From Caecitellus pseudoparvulus (lineage: Eukaryota; Protista; Bigyra: Bicosoecida), in assembly GCA_965644315.1 (NCBI GenBank), contig CBFFRQ010000062.1:124001-188000 (forward strand): a DNA stretch of 64,000 nt, read 5' to 3'. This document shows, in pieces, positions 1-11,869 of this stretch. The notes under the pieces were generated by a model. That model was not told the DNA's origin and did not search any database. It worked only from the letters and a program-made list of their open reading frames with translations. Numbering within the stretch: position 1 is the first letter of the stretch; the number at the start of each line of letters is the position of its first letter. The translations under genes and the position numbers were made by a program.

Positions 1-625
1 GCCCGGCGAGCTGGGCCTCGTGATGCCGCCAGGCTGCTGCGACGACCCGTTGCCTGTTTCCCACGCCTCGCAGGCACGGGCTTGCCCCCTGCTTTGCGCT
101 TTGAGCCGCCGCGAGCTGGCGCCTGCCGTGTTGCTTCTGACTGCTCTGAGGTGTCATCCCCACGCCCGGCAGTGCTGGGCAGGGGCGGCTTGGACTGCAC
201 GCCGAGAGCAGTGCGGGCCTTTTTCTCTGCACTGCAGAGGGCGCCTGCTGTGAAGTCGATGTCGTCCCGGAGATCGTCAAGCGGCTGAGCAAGCAGGGGC
301 GTGCCGTTGGAGATGAGGCAATGCAGAGGTGTAGCGGCACGCACCTTCAACGTGTCGGTCAGGGTCACCAGGGATTGAGTGCACTGCTCCACCGAGTGGA
401 TGATGCGCATCAAGAGTGCCTGCTCGGGGGTGGGGGAGGGGTCGTTGGCAGGTTGCTGTGCTGCTGGGTGTGTGTGTCGCTTCGCGATTTCCGCACCCGT
501 TGCTGCGCCTCGTGTGGGTCTGTGCAGGGAGAGGCAGCAGACTTGGCAGTGAAACACAAAGAGCAGTGTTTGGTAGTGCTGTACTAGCGGAAGCGCGAGC
601 ACGTTGGTGTTCACGCACTCTCCAT
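1..625 (-). CDS. DAD4: DASH/Dam1 kinetochore complex subunit Dad4-like protein with C-terminal extension (partial, runs off the left edge)
   Basis: Hand-spliced exons 625-619, 519-497, 419-345 and 284-1, with GT-AG introns 618-520, 496-420 and 344-285. The product MENPHEAQQRALLMRIIHSVEQCTQSLVTLTDTLKPLDDLRDDIDFTAGAL resembles the fungal Dad4 N-terminus (MENPHE.Q..IL.RII..V..LNES...LN..L). Not in the ORF track. Confidence 0.78.
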
Positions 626-750
626 GCTGTCCTGGAAGGCTCAACGGTCGATCTCGGGAGTTGGTGGTGTCTGAAGGCACTGGAAGCGAGCAGCACGAAA
701 GGAATAGACGGCAGCACATGGTGAGAATTCTGCATTTTGGCGGGGAGCTC

Positions 751-2221
751 TCACAAGAGGTTCGGGTCGTAGACCCACGCGATGAACAAGCCGTCCATGC
801 CGCAGGTGAGGATGGTGTCGGTGTTCACCAGCGCAGCGCCCCCGTCCCCCACCATCTGCAGCATCTTGATGTCCAAGATGGGCTTGAAGTGGCCACCCGA
901 GCCATTCCTGCCACGGCCTACCCCTGCCACGTCTTCGAAGTTCTGCAGGGACTTGAGCAGCAGCTGCCCATTGGCGTAGCCCGCCGCCAGAAACACCGCC
1001 CCGCCCGCAGCGGGTGGCGCGACGATGCCGAGCGTCTGCAGTTCAGGCAGGTGCTTGCCGGCGGCAGCGTCGAACGCCAGCACTGGCTTGGCACCTGGTC
1101 CCAGGGAGCTGAGACCCCACGCTCGCAAGGAGCCGTTCTGCCCGCCAGTGATGAGGTGCCCCGCGACGCACACACAGGCGGCCACCTTCTCCCCGTGCCC
1201 ATGCTGTTCTTGGCTCAGGGCCACCACCGGCGTCAACTGGGATGCCGGCGTCCACCCCAAGATGAGGCCGTCGTCCGCCACTGTGAAGAGGTTCTGCTCC
1301 GCCCAGGCCAGGTCCCGCACGGCGCGGGCGTGACCTTCCAGGGTCTGGCAGGCCCAGCCGGCGCCCGCGCCTGCAGCCGTTGCAGCAGCACCTGGGCTCC
1401 CTGCAGCCGCCTTCGTCCACAGCTTCACGGCGCCGCTGGCACAGGCGCTAGCCAGGACCGGCTGCCCCGCCACTGTGCCCAGGCGCAGGCGGGTGATCTG
1501 CAGCTTGTGGGAGTAGGTGGTGCCTGGCATGCACAGCACCGCAACGGGCTCTGTGATGCCCTTCGAGATGTCGAATTCGCGGATGATGCCGACGTTGACC
1601 TTGTACACGCCGCAGGGCTCGAAGCTGGCCACAAACAGGCTGGTGCCGGCCCGCTCCATGGAGGTGATGAGGCCCCCCACGGTGCTGAAGGTCGTCTGCT
1701 CCATGTTGGAGTTAAACACCTGCGTTGCGAGCGAGTGCATGCGTGAGTTGCCCTGTGCCAAGCCGCACTCCGCGACGACTCACTCGCAAGGTCGCGCCAT
1801 CTGCAGCCAGCATGGCCTGCTGCTCAGGGATGGGGACCACACACGTGAACATCTTCTGGGTGGTGTCCCGAGAAGCCGTCTTGCACTGCTTTACCTCCCT
1901 CAGGCGGATGGGCTTCCTGCAACGTCGCGTGGGCAGCGCGGCGTGTAGGCGGCGACAAAGTGAGCCACAGCAGCTGGCACGTACTTTCCGAAGCAATTCA
2001 CGCGCTGGCCTGCAGCGGGCAGGGAAGTGAGGGCGTGGAGCAACATGCAAGCTGGCCCTGCTGTGAGGTCACGCACCACCGCCTTGGTGGCCCTGCTGCC
2101 TGCCTTGGTGGCCCTGCTGCCGACCCTTCCCTCTGCGGCCGCCCTTGCCACCTCCACCTCGCTGGCCGCCACCGCCGCCACCACCTCCTCCGCCACCACC
2201 TCCAGCACCTCCAGCAAACAT
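751..2221 (-). CDS. WD40-repeat protein with Gly/Arg/Gln-rich N-terminus
   Basis: ATG at 2221 (MFAGGAGGGG...GRQQGHQGRQQGHQ), three GT-AG introns (about 2075-2010, 1984-1917, 1789-1720) and a large last exon with WD repeats (LEGHARAVRDLAW, GHGEKVAACVC...TGGQNGSLRAW, GHFKPILDI...TCGMDGLFIAW). Confidence 0.8.
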
Positions 2222-2892
2222 GGTACTTTGGGTAGGAAAGCGCGGCGATCGAAAATACTGGCGCTCTTGCCAAGCAGGCCTACGAGCCGACGAAAGAAAG
2301 GCGTGGCAGCGGAACTTGCGCAACCGATGGCAGCACCCCGAAGGCACTGCAGAGAAGCAGAGCGAGGTGCATGCGCGCTGCAGGAAAGAAAAGTACGCGG
2401 AAGGTTTAGTATTCACATGGTATTTGTGGAGGCCCGGCTAAGTGCGGCATCCAAGCTGCGATTCGGACCGGCTGGTTATTCCCCCACAGGCCTGAGTCTG
2501 ACGAAAGCATGCCCAGTCGGAGCGGCAAGAGCAGCGAGCCTGACTTGTCCAGGTGACCTGCTGCGGTGAAAGACAGAGCCTGGTGCGCTTTCAGTTGTCA
2601 TTGGCGCGGCAGGTGGAGGCTTCGGTGGGGTCATCTGTACACGGCACCTCTCTGCTCCCTCGTCGTCAGACACCGCAGCATTCAAGCGAGCGGGCAAATT
2701 AAACGAAAACCATACCATGCCCGCACATCCCTCCATCTGAAGGCTTCACTCGGTTCGCCTTTGAGTTCGTGCAAGGCGAGACAAGGCAGCTGCAGGCACA
2801 TTCAGCGGAAAGCGAGCCAGCCAACGCTTGCTTGCTCGGCACTGCGCCTGCACCCGTGGTTAAGCGAGTTTTCGTTGCCCACAAAGCACAAC

Positions 2893-3370
2893 ATGAACGC
2901 CCCAGACAGGGTTGAGGTGCTCACTGCGCCTGAGGGGGAGAAACAGTGCGGCTGCTGGGTGCGGAAATCGCCAACGACGCCAGCTCACGGCCGAGTGTCC
3001 GCCCGCCGCGCAGAGTTGTCATGAAGCTGGACGAGAAGATGACGAACGCGGCAACCTTCACACTGAAGCGCGAAGACCACACCCTGGGAAACCTGTTACG
3101 AACGTGCGTCGTGTGACTGGTCCTGACTCCGCCGCCAGGCTGATTTCACACACACCCTCTCCGTGACCTTTTCCCTTGCCCAGGCAATTGCTGCGTGACC
3201 CCCAGGTGCATTTCTCAGGCTACTTGCACCCACATCCCTTGGACCATGACATTATCCTGAAGGTGCAGACGACGTCGCACTCCAGGCCAGCCGAGGCAGT
3301 GGCTCGATCAGCCATGCAGCTGCAAGGCGTCTATGCGCAAATGCTGCGGTGCATGCGCGAGCATGTGTGA
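2893..3370 (+). CDS. RPB11: DNA-directed RNA polymerase II subunit RPB11
   Basis: Two introns. The spliced product MNAPDRVEVLTAPEGEKQVVMKLDEKMTNAATFTLKREDHTLGNLLRTQLLRDPQVHFSGYLHPHPL carries the EDHTLGN and GYxxPHPL signatures. Confidence 0.95.
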
Positions 3371-3569
3371 GTGGTGCCATTGCATGCTCGCAGCGTCTCA
3401 GTAGTGCATTTGCGCGTGTCGCACCCCGCAGGGCGAGCCAGGCATTCGGCGGCGACGAAGGGTTGGAGTGATGCCGGGAGCTGTCCCTGGCGCTGACCAA
3501 GCTTGGGATGCGATGACTCCACACACAGGGACCTTGGCAGCAGCTGCAGCTGCACGGCTCAGGGCATGC

Positions 3570-4030
3570 TCATCGTTTGATGACGAACGAGGCCGCAGGA
3601 GGTGCGGTTGCCGGCTCGGGCTCAGAAAACTCGGCCCGCTCAATGACACTTCGCTTGGAACCCACGTTCTCCAACCAGTCCTTCATGGACTCCACACTCT
3701 CCGCGCTCCCCACCACTTCGCCGATCACTGTCTTGTGCGCTGTGTTCTGCACCTGCACATGTGGGAGCAAAGCTTGGCGTTTCGTGTGCGAAACGCGACA
3801 GGGAAGTTTCCCCCTCCTTACCCAACCACTGAGACCCAGCTCGTCAGCGAAAAGCTTGGTGTTCTTTCTGAAAAACACTCCCTGGAAAGGGGGTACGATT
3901 GGAGGCACGTTGCATGAGTGAGCACGGGGAGGGTGCCAAGCTGGCTCACCTGCACTTTGCCAAACACCTCGAAGGCCACCTTCACAGCCGCGGCACTGCC
4001 AGCCGCCTTACCAGACGTTGAGCTTGCCAT
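3570..4030 (-). CDS. ACYP: Acylphosphatase
   Basis: FEVFGKVQ|GVFFR (phosphate-binding loop) and GW|VQNT...VIGEVVG (catalytic Asn). Two introns; the second is 69 nt, in frame and stop-free. Confidence 0.93.
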
Positions 4031-4093
4031 GTTGTGAGTACCATCTAGCTACACACTGCATTTGTGCGCCCACCTGCCATGTCGCTCGCGGTG

Positions 4094-5134
4094 CTATTCA
4101 ATGGTGCTAAGGGATGTGGCCTGGCTGGACGGCAGCTCAGCAAGTGTCTTTGCCCGCCCCCCCCCCAGCGGCACGCTCCACATGCCGGCCAGGGTCACGC
4201 CAATAGCCTGCAAGTTCTCAGCAGTACAGCAGAAGGAGCTGCGCGCCTGCGCCTCGCCACTCTGCGCCAACACTGCAGGGGTGCCGGAGGGGGGTGCCGG
4301 GCACAACGGGTCCCCTTTCCGGGAGCAGCCAGCCCAGGAGGCCGGCACAGCTTCCGCCTTGTCACTGTTGCTTTCCTCTGAACACACGAAGCCAAGGGCA
4401 GCCTGTGTGGGAGGGCGGTGTGCAGGTGCAGTGCACTGGGAGCGCAGGCTTGCGGGAACACGTACAATGCCAGCGGAGCCACACTCGGGGTGCGCACAGA
4501 CGCAGCGCAAGTCCAAGAAATCCTGTGCAGAAATGCCTTTGATCCACGAGGCAGCGCCCTCCTCTTGCTCCCCGTGAACCCGTGTTGGGGCCCTGGAAAC
4601 CTCGCCTTCAGAGGCTGTGGACAGCATCACAGTCTCACGAAAGCACACCCGGCAGAGCGGCACGACTTTGTGAATGGCCCCGGGCGTGCCGCAAGTGTCA
4701 CAATGCGCTCTTAGGAGGGCGTTGTCCCCGAATCCACCCCTGAGCACCGAGTCAGGCACGGCAGAGATGCCAATGTGCAGCAATGCGCCAGAGCCGACGC
4801 CAGCGTTTCGCAGGGAAACGTCATCCTCCACCCTCTCGCCATCAAACACAACACTCAGCCGGCAAGCGGACACATGTGTTAAGGGCTGCATAGAAAGAGT
4901 TGAGAGAATGTTGAATCACATAGGATGACAGAGACCCTGCGCTTCACGCACCGCTGCAGCTTGCAGGTGACTGGCGAGTGTGGTCGGCGTGGTGCTGCTG
5001 GGCACGGTCAACTCCACTACCTGCCCAGTGTGCAGGAGGCAGTGCACTGTCAACTGCTCGACATCACTGGGATCACCTGACGTAGCCTTGCTGGCACTTT
5101 CAATACCTAGAAGGCCGTCAAGGACCGACGCCAT
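4094..5134 (-). CDS. Parkin-like protein: ubiquitin-like domain plus RING0-type zinc finger only (~303 aa)
   Basis: Introns 4951-4886 and 4465-4403. Ubl-like part (LTVHCLLHTGQVVELTV...LSVVFDGERVEDDVSLRNAGVGSGALLHI) is followed by CDTC...KVVPLCRVCFRETVML...CAHPECGSAGIAALGFVC, which matches the Cys spacing of Parkin RING0. Confidence 0.62.
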
Positions 5135-5673
5135 GCTGGCCAGCTGAGCGGCGTTTACTTGGGTTGCCTGCCTTGCCTGTCCACCGCCGGTCAGCGCCTG
5201 ACACACAGTAAAAGAAGAACTGCAGCCTGAGAGTCGCAAGTGAAGCTCAACGGCACACCAAGTGCGGCCAACATGATGGGGGGTTGGTTTTGTCTCAAGG
5301 CTGGCTTTCAGACAACAAGGTCTAGTTGATTGTGCTCTGCGTGTGTCTGTGACAGTGAGGAACTTCAATACCGACCCTTTCGCTGCCAGAAGATGCAAGT
5401 CAAGTTCGTGTACAGGAAAGATACACTTCGAACTTCCCCTCCGTGCCGTGGTTGTCAGTGCTCAGCCTGCTTGTCGCAGGCTTGCGTTTCGCAGTGAAAC
5501 TCTCTGATGCCACCCCACGCGAATCTCCTTCCCAGACAAATCCAGAATGAATTAAATACACTGCATTTGTGTCCGGATTGAGTCAGTCTGGGGATGCGTG
5601 TATGGATCGGCTGTGAAACCCCCTCCTTTGCTTTCTCACAGCGGCCCTCCGTGAAGCAGCACCAGTTGGGCGC

Positions 5674-6606
5674 ATGTCTCGACGGGACGCGGGGGCTTCT
5701 GCTTCTGCCAGGGAAGCCCTGGTGTCATTCCTCTGCCACGGGGCGGCTACATATGCCTCCAACCCACTGCATGTCATCCGTACCCGTGTGCAGGCGGGCC
5801 TGTTGCCCGCCCGCCGAGCTGTGAGCCTCGCTACCCTTCGCAGCCTTCGTGCTGAGGGCGCCCTGTTTGCTGGTGCCGCCCCAAACACGCTGCAGCTGGC
5901 CGTGAGCGCCTCTGTGCGCCTGGGCATGTTTCCCTCTTGCCGTGCGTGGCTGTGCAGCTCGACGGGTGCCTCCCAGTCGCTGGGCACGGTGCTGGCTGCG
6001 TCGCTGACGGGGGCCGTAGCAGGCGGAGTCATTGCGCCCTTCGCGGCGCTCAAGGCGGAGCTCCACGCTGCAAAGCCACAACAAGGCAGACAAATGAGTT
6101 GGCGTGTGGGGCTAGCTGCGCTGTCTGCGGCTGCTCGGCGCATGACGGCGCTGGAGGTTGGCACGATGGTGTGGCGGGGGGCCATCTTGAATACGGTGCA
6201 AATCACGTCCCTGGCTGCACCCACAGCCTGGGCGCTGCAAGCATGTGTGCAAGCCAATGATGGGGCTGCACCTACTCTTTCCCAGGCACTGGCGAGCTAC
6301 GCCTTTGCTGCTGTGCTGTCTGGCGCGGTGGTTGCGGCTGTGACCACGCCCTTGGACTTGGTGGCCACCCGTGCCTTCCTGGCGCACTCAGGCACAGGGA
6401 GCCGCTTGGATGAGCTGCACAGGGACAGCGGCTGGTTTGGGCGACTGCGCACAGCGCTCGGTCCGTTGCGCATGGCGCTGCGGCATGGCGGTGAGGCGCG
6501 TGCCGCATTTCCGTCCAGCTTGGTGGCTGTGACTGTGAACCAGTTCCTGTCCATGATGCTTTGGCAGTCCTGTAGGCTGCTCCTGCTGGAAGAGAGCAGC
6601 TTGTAG
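5674..6606 (+). CDS. Mitochondrial carrier family (SLC25) protein, divergent
   Basis: 310 aa with three repeats carrying degenerate PX[DE]XX[KR]X[RK] motifs (PLHVIRTR, PFAALKAE, PLDLVATR), plus LFAGAAP and VWRGA segments. Confidence 0.8.
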   Translation: MSRRDAGASASAREALVSFLCHGAATYASNPLHVIRTRVQAGLLPARRAVSLATLRSLRAEGALFAGAAPNTLQLAVSASVRLGMFPSCRAWLCSSTGASQSLGTVLAASLTGAVAGGVIAPFAALKAELHAAKPQQGRQMSWRVGLAALSAAARRMTALEVGTMVWRGAILNTVQITSLAAPTAWALQACVQANDGAAPTLSQALASYAFAAVLSGAVVAAVTTPLDLVATRAFLAHSGTGSRLDELHRDSGWFGRLRTALGPLRMALRHGGEARAAFPSSLVAVTVNQFLSMMLWQSCRLLLLEESSL

Positions 6607-6935
6607 GCGCTGCCTAGCCATGCCTTGTCACCTGCTCATTTGCTCGACCGCGTGTTGCAGCGCAGCACCGCACCTCGCCACATTGGAAGGGCGAGCGCAA
6701 AACTTCCACAAATGCACGTTCCATGGGGAGCGATCTTGTTCAGCGAGGAGTCCTCCCCAAGCAGGTCAATTGCTGGCCACTCGACGAAGGTCACGTGCCT
6801 GCACCTGGCAAGTTGCTGCAAGCCACACAGCAGCAGGTGCTGCTGCCACGCTCAGGCGTTGTGCACTCCCCGCGGCATTTGCCAGCTCTGCCGCGCGATT
6901 GGTGCGGGTGGCATGTTTGAGAGACGTACAGCAAG

Positions 6936-9900
6936 ATGGCCGATCAGGTTGGAGAGTTGCCTGCTGCACGGCGGCCTGATTTGAACGGGCAGCGTGCAAT
7001 GCGCCTGGCTCGAATGTCCATCATGGGGGGTGTTGCGCTGGGCCCGTCTACCGGGCGCCACGGCAGCGTGTCAGGCCGCTCACCCAGCATGCAGGGGCGC
7101 AGGCGAGGGCAGGGTCGACAAGCCTCTCGTTCCTATGCAGACCTGCGTCAGTCTGGCGTGGGGCAGCCCGTGGGGGACGGGCCTGCGGTTGGCTCAGCTG
7201 CTTGGGCCCAGCAGATCACAGCCGAGGCTGCCCGCGCAGGAGGGGACAACATCTGGACAGGAAGGGTGGGAGACGGGGAATCCAAGCTAGGTCCAGCTCC
7301 CTCACTTCCCTCGCCGCCTGGCTCCGAGGCAGAGCGAGCAGGCGGCTCGCCGAGTCGAGGTGTGCGCACAGGCCGCAAGCGACGCAGCTTCACGGTGGGA
7401 GCGCACCATCGCCCTCGCGGCACGGGCGCCTTTGCCAGGGAAGAGGAGGGCGGGGACGAAGAAGACTGGGCTTCTGAGGCAGACTCTGCCCCTCGGCACC
7501 CCGTTGCAGGCGGTCAGCGTGATGAAGCTGCAGGCGCGGAAGATGGGCCTGGTGCTCCCCGCGTGGCTTTTGCACGCCGCGAGGAGGCCCAGGCACACAC
7601 GCCTCACGCAGCTGGCACAGATCGCGACGACGGCCATGTTGCAGGCGAAGCAGGTGGAGTTGGGCGCAGAGTGCACCTGCTCATGACGAGGGGCTCGGCT
7701 GGCAGCAGCAGCGAGGAGGAAGGTGGGCGGGGTGCAGGCCTCGCGAGCCGGGGAGACTTGGGTCGCAGCACGCGGGCAGTGCCCCGCCGCTCTGGCACGC
7801 ACCAGGCTGAGCTGGATGGCCTGCCGGGTCCGGGGGGCGGCGGTGTCCAGGCGGATGGGGGGGACCCTCTGGACCCCCCCTCGCCCTTCGCCGGCGAGCC
7901 CGCCAGCAACCCCCTCCTGGGCGCGAAGGGGGAAGCGTCCCACACAGACCCCAGCACGGCAACGCGAGTCACCTTTGCCCCCGACACGTGCGGCGCCAGT
8001 GACTCGGCAGAGGAGGAGGACGGACCGCAGGTCCGCAAGGCCGCCCGGGCGCGCTCCTCCAGCTCCCGACGGGGGGACCTGGCGCAGAAGCTGCTGCGGC
8101 AGTCAGGCATGCAGGCAGGGCTGGACGAGGCGGCGTCGTTCGCGCGTGCCGAGGCGCTGCAGCGGCAGCGGTGCCTGCTGCACCCTCGAGGGCGCATCAA
8201 GAACGCGTGGGACGTCATCATGCTCACCCCCATCATTTACACAGCCATCCTCATGCCCTTCACCCTGTGCTTCGAAGTCACAGACGCGGTGTGGACTGTC
8301 CTGGACAACGTGCGTTTCTGCCCGCCGCCGCTGCGCTGCCCGCTCCACCGCACGCCATTTCCGCCCGCTCTCCCTCCCGTTGCAGATTGCCTGGGGCATG
8401 TTCATCGCCGATATGATCATCATCTTCAACACTGCCATCGAGGACAAGCGCACAGGCATCCTCATCGTGGACCGCAAGTCCATTGCCCTCGCCTACGTTT
8501 CCAGTTGGTTCTTCGTGGACCTCGTCTCCATCCTGCCTTGGTCGTACCTGCAGGAAGGCGGCGGCTCCGAAGCAGGGCAGTCCGCGGGGCGCCTCGCACG
8601 CATTTTTCGACTGCCCCGCGCGCTGCGTGTGCTGCGCGTCTTCAAGCTGGGCCAGATCGTGAACAACGTCCCCGCGCTCAAGGCTGCGTGGCAGTCGCTG
8701 CAGGACACGTTTTTGTCCCTGCCAGCTGTCATGGTCGTCATGCGGTCGCTCATCGTCGCGGCCCTCATCACGCACTGGCTGGGCTGCGTGTGGCACTTCC
8801 TGGGCACGCTGTCGTCCCCCAGCGGCAACCTGTCTGAGCTGGACGACGACAACTGGCTGGTTGAGTTCGAGCTGGCAGACGGCACGGTGTGGCAGCGGTA
8901 CGGTGCGGCCATTTACTGGGCCGTCGCCACCATGACATCGGTGGGGTACGGTGACATTTCCGCGGTGAACTTGGTGGAGCGCTGGTACAGCATCATCGTC
9001 ATGGTGGTGGGGCTCATCGGCGGCGGCATCATCGTGGCCGACATCCTCGCCATCATGTCCACGCTGCACAACACCTCCCAGAAGCAGCGCGCGAGGCGGG
9101 AGGGGCTCATGCAGCTGCTGCGCTCCGCTGCACCCCCTCGCGACCTGCGCCGCAAGCTCATGCAGTGGCTGGAAGACTCCAACCGCTCAGCCAGCGAGGC
9201 CTCTGACGTCATGCCCCTGCTCCCAGTGGACTTGCGCCGCGGCATGGTGGCACACATGAACAAGCCCCTCATCGAGCGCATCCACCTCCTGCGCAACATC
9301 GCCGCGGAGGGCTCGGAGGATGCGACGGAGAGTGACGCGCTGGCGGCGCAGCGAGGGCCCTTGACCCGTGAGCGCTTGCGCATTTCCCGCGGCGCTGCGG
9401 CTGTCGCTGATGTCGTGTGGAAGCTGCAGCGCATGAGCATGGAGGCAGGGGCCCAGGTGTACTTGGAGGGCACCAGCGTCACAGGCATGTACTTCTTGTT
9501 TTCAGGGCAGGTGCAGCTGGTGCGCAATGGTGCGCCGGTTATGCAGTTTGAAGAGGGCGGTTTTTTCGGGGAAATCGAGAGCTGTGGCTTCTTCCCGCAG
9601 TATCAAACGACGGCGACGGTGCTGTCGCCTTTCGTGGAGGTGTTCTTCTTGGCCAAGGGGGACTTGGAGATCCTGGCGCAGCGCCACTCGGCGTTGTTTG
9701 GCGTGCCGTTGAAGTCTGTCGCCATCATTCGCATCGAGGAGCTGGGCTTGGACTTGGCGGATGGCGACTCGGAGGCGGTGGATCGGTTCATGCAGGAGGG
9801 GGCTGAGGATGAGTCTGGTTCGGAATCCTCCTCCTCTGGCCGTTCCAGTGACGGCACGCCGTCCAACCTGCGCCGGCACAACTCCAGCTCCAGCTCAGAT

Positions 9901-11796
9901 GCGGGGCACAGCAGCCGCAGTCGCAGCGTGCACAGCCGACCGGCAGGTGCGACGCTGGAGACGCTGCGGTCCTCCTCCAAGCAGCAGCAGCGGTGGCTGG
10001 ACGCAGCAGGGCGCGGCGTGCAGCGCCTGCACAGTGGCAGTGCGACAGGCAGCGTCAGTTCCGCTGATCGCTCCCGGGCAGATGCGGCAGGACAGGATGC
10101 AGCCCCGCGCCACAGGCATGGCCTCCGCCGCCGGTCATCCGCTGGGGAAGTGGAGTCTAGCTCGGCAGGGACGGGCGGCACTGGTGGCATCGTGCCTCGG
10201 GCAGAGGATGGGGCGGGTGAGGAAGGCGGGGAGGGCAGGTCGCGCCCGCCGCTGCGGCGTTCGCTGTCGTCGCCCTCGCTGCACGCCGCCCCCGCGCCAG
10301 ACGTCCCGGAACACACTGCCGAAGTGCACGCAGAACACACTTCTAAAGGTGGGCGGGAGTCCAGGGGTTCGCGGCACGCCACAGAGCACTCTGCGCACGG
10401 CCACGATGCGGAAGCACCGCACTCCCGCCGAAGCAGCACTTCCCGCCGCCACCGAGGGCACTCCACTTCCCGCCGCAGCGGAACACACACGGACGCTCCC
10501 GCAGCACCACCTGCTGTGTCTTCTCGACTGCGGGGTGCTCGGGCAAGCATTTTCGCAGGGCTGGGCGCAGCTGCGGGCATGGGCGGCATGGGGTGGTCGA
10601 CCGCAGCCAGCGGCGGGCGCTCTGGTCGCATGCGCTCTGCGACGCACGCCGGGGGTCGCTCAGGTCACGAACGCAGTGCTGCACGGCCAGCCCCGCCTTC
10701 CCCTCCGAATCGTGGCGCCGCGCGAGATGGTGTGCGAGCCCCCTCCGCAGCGCCCACCCGCTCCTCAACGGGAAACCTGCCCAGCGGCATGCCTTTGTCG
10801 CCCCACTTTGGCGGCGGCAGTGGTGGTGGCATGGGGGAGCAATTGTCCGTGGCCATAGAGGAGGAGGAGAGTGGCAGTGAAGCCACCAGCACGGTGCGCA
10901 GCAGTGTGGCTGGCAGCGACCAGGTCAGTGCCCGCAGTGGCAGCGACCCGGGCGGCAGGGACACTGGACATCGTACCGGTGGGCAGCACCCCCCCGGGCG
11001 GTCCTCAGTGCGGTCCGTCATGTCGGCTTCTGGCAGGTGGGTCCCACCCCCCCCCTCCAGGGGCGCGACCCGCACCCCCCCTCCAGCGCCTGGTCGCAGC
11101 TCTCGGGGCAGCGCATCCACCCTGGGGTCCAAGCGGACCGCCCCGCCACCCCCCCCTCGACCGAGCCCCCTGCCCCCCTCGAAGACACCCCAGCCCCCCC
11201 CCTCATCCCGGGACTCGTCCAGGCCGGATGGGGGGGCGGCATCCACCTCCTCCGGTTCCAGCACGCCCACCCTGCCCAGCACCAGCACTGCCACGGCGGG
11301 GCAGGTGCCCTCCTTCGGTCAGGAGGGAGTGGGTGGTGGCGCGCTGACTCCGATGGCTCGGCACGTGGGCCCACCCACTCCGGACATGGGCCCACCTTCT
11401 GGCACGCCCAAGTCCCCCCTGTTGCTGGGCCCAGTGAAAGCAGTGACACCAGTGGGCCCACCCCCCCGCCCCCGCACCATGCGCAAGTCCCCGGCCGACT
11501 TGGGGCGGTACTTCGACCCGCCCTCTGGAGGGGTGTCTGGGGGGGGTGCTGCCACCCCCCTCCAACGGCACTCCATGGTAGACAGCATCCCCAGCCATGC
11601 ACCCGGGCAACTGGCAAAGCCACCGCGGGTGGTGGGTGAAGCCCCCTCGGGTCACACCGGGACCCCCCCCTCCCGAGCCACCTCTACCCCCCCTCCAGCT
11701 GCCGTGAGCCCCCTTGGAGCAGCGCGTGTGAAGGTCAAGGGGCGAGGGCGGGGAACGAAGCTGACGCTGTCCAGGGCGCCCAGTCGACCGGAGTGA
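6936..11796 (+). CDS. Voltage-gated K+ channel with cyclic-nucleotide-binding (homology) domain, KCNH/HCN/CNG-like, with long disordered termini
   Basis: Intron 8310-8385 joins the two ORFs. S1 WDVIMLTPIIYTAILMPF, S4 RLARIFRLPRALRVLRVFK, pore YWAVATMTSVGYGDIS, CNBD GMYFLFSGQV...FFGE. Confidence 0.92.
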
Positions 11797-11821
11797 GTGC
11801 GCGGCGAGGACATGGGTGGAG

Positions 11822-11833
11822 AATGCATGCATT
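11822..11833. promoter_or_regulatory. Candidate bidirectional 3'-end/polyadenylation element AATGCATGCATT between the convergent channel and GLRX5 genes
   Basis: Perfect 12-bp palindrome giving AATGCA on each strand, about 25-36 nt past each stop codon; the same hexamer recurs after many other stops. Confidence 0.55.
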
Positions 11834-11869
11834 GCACGTACACTGGGCAGGCAGGCGGAGGGGGGGGGC

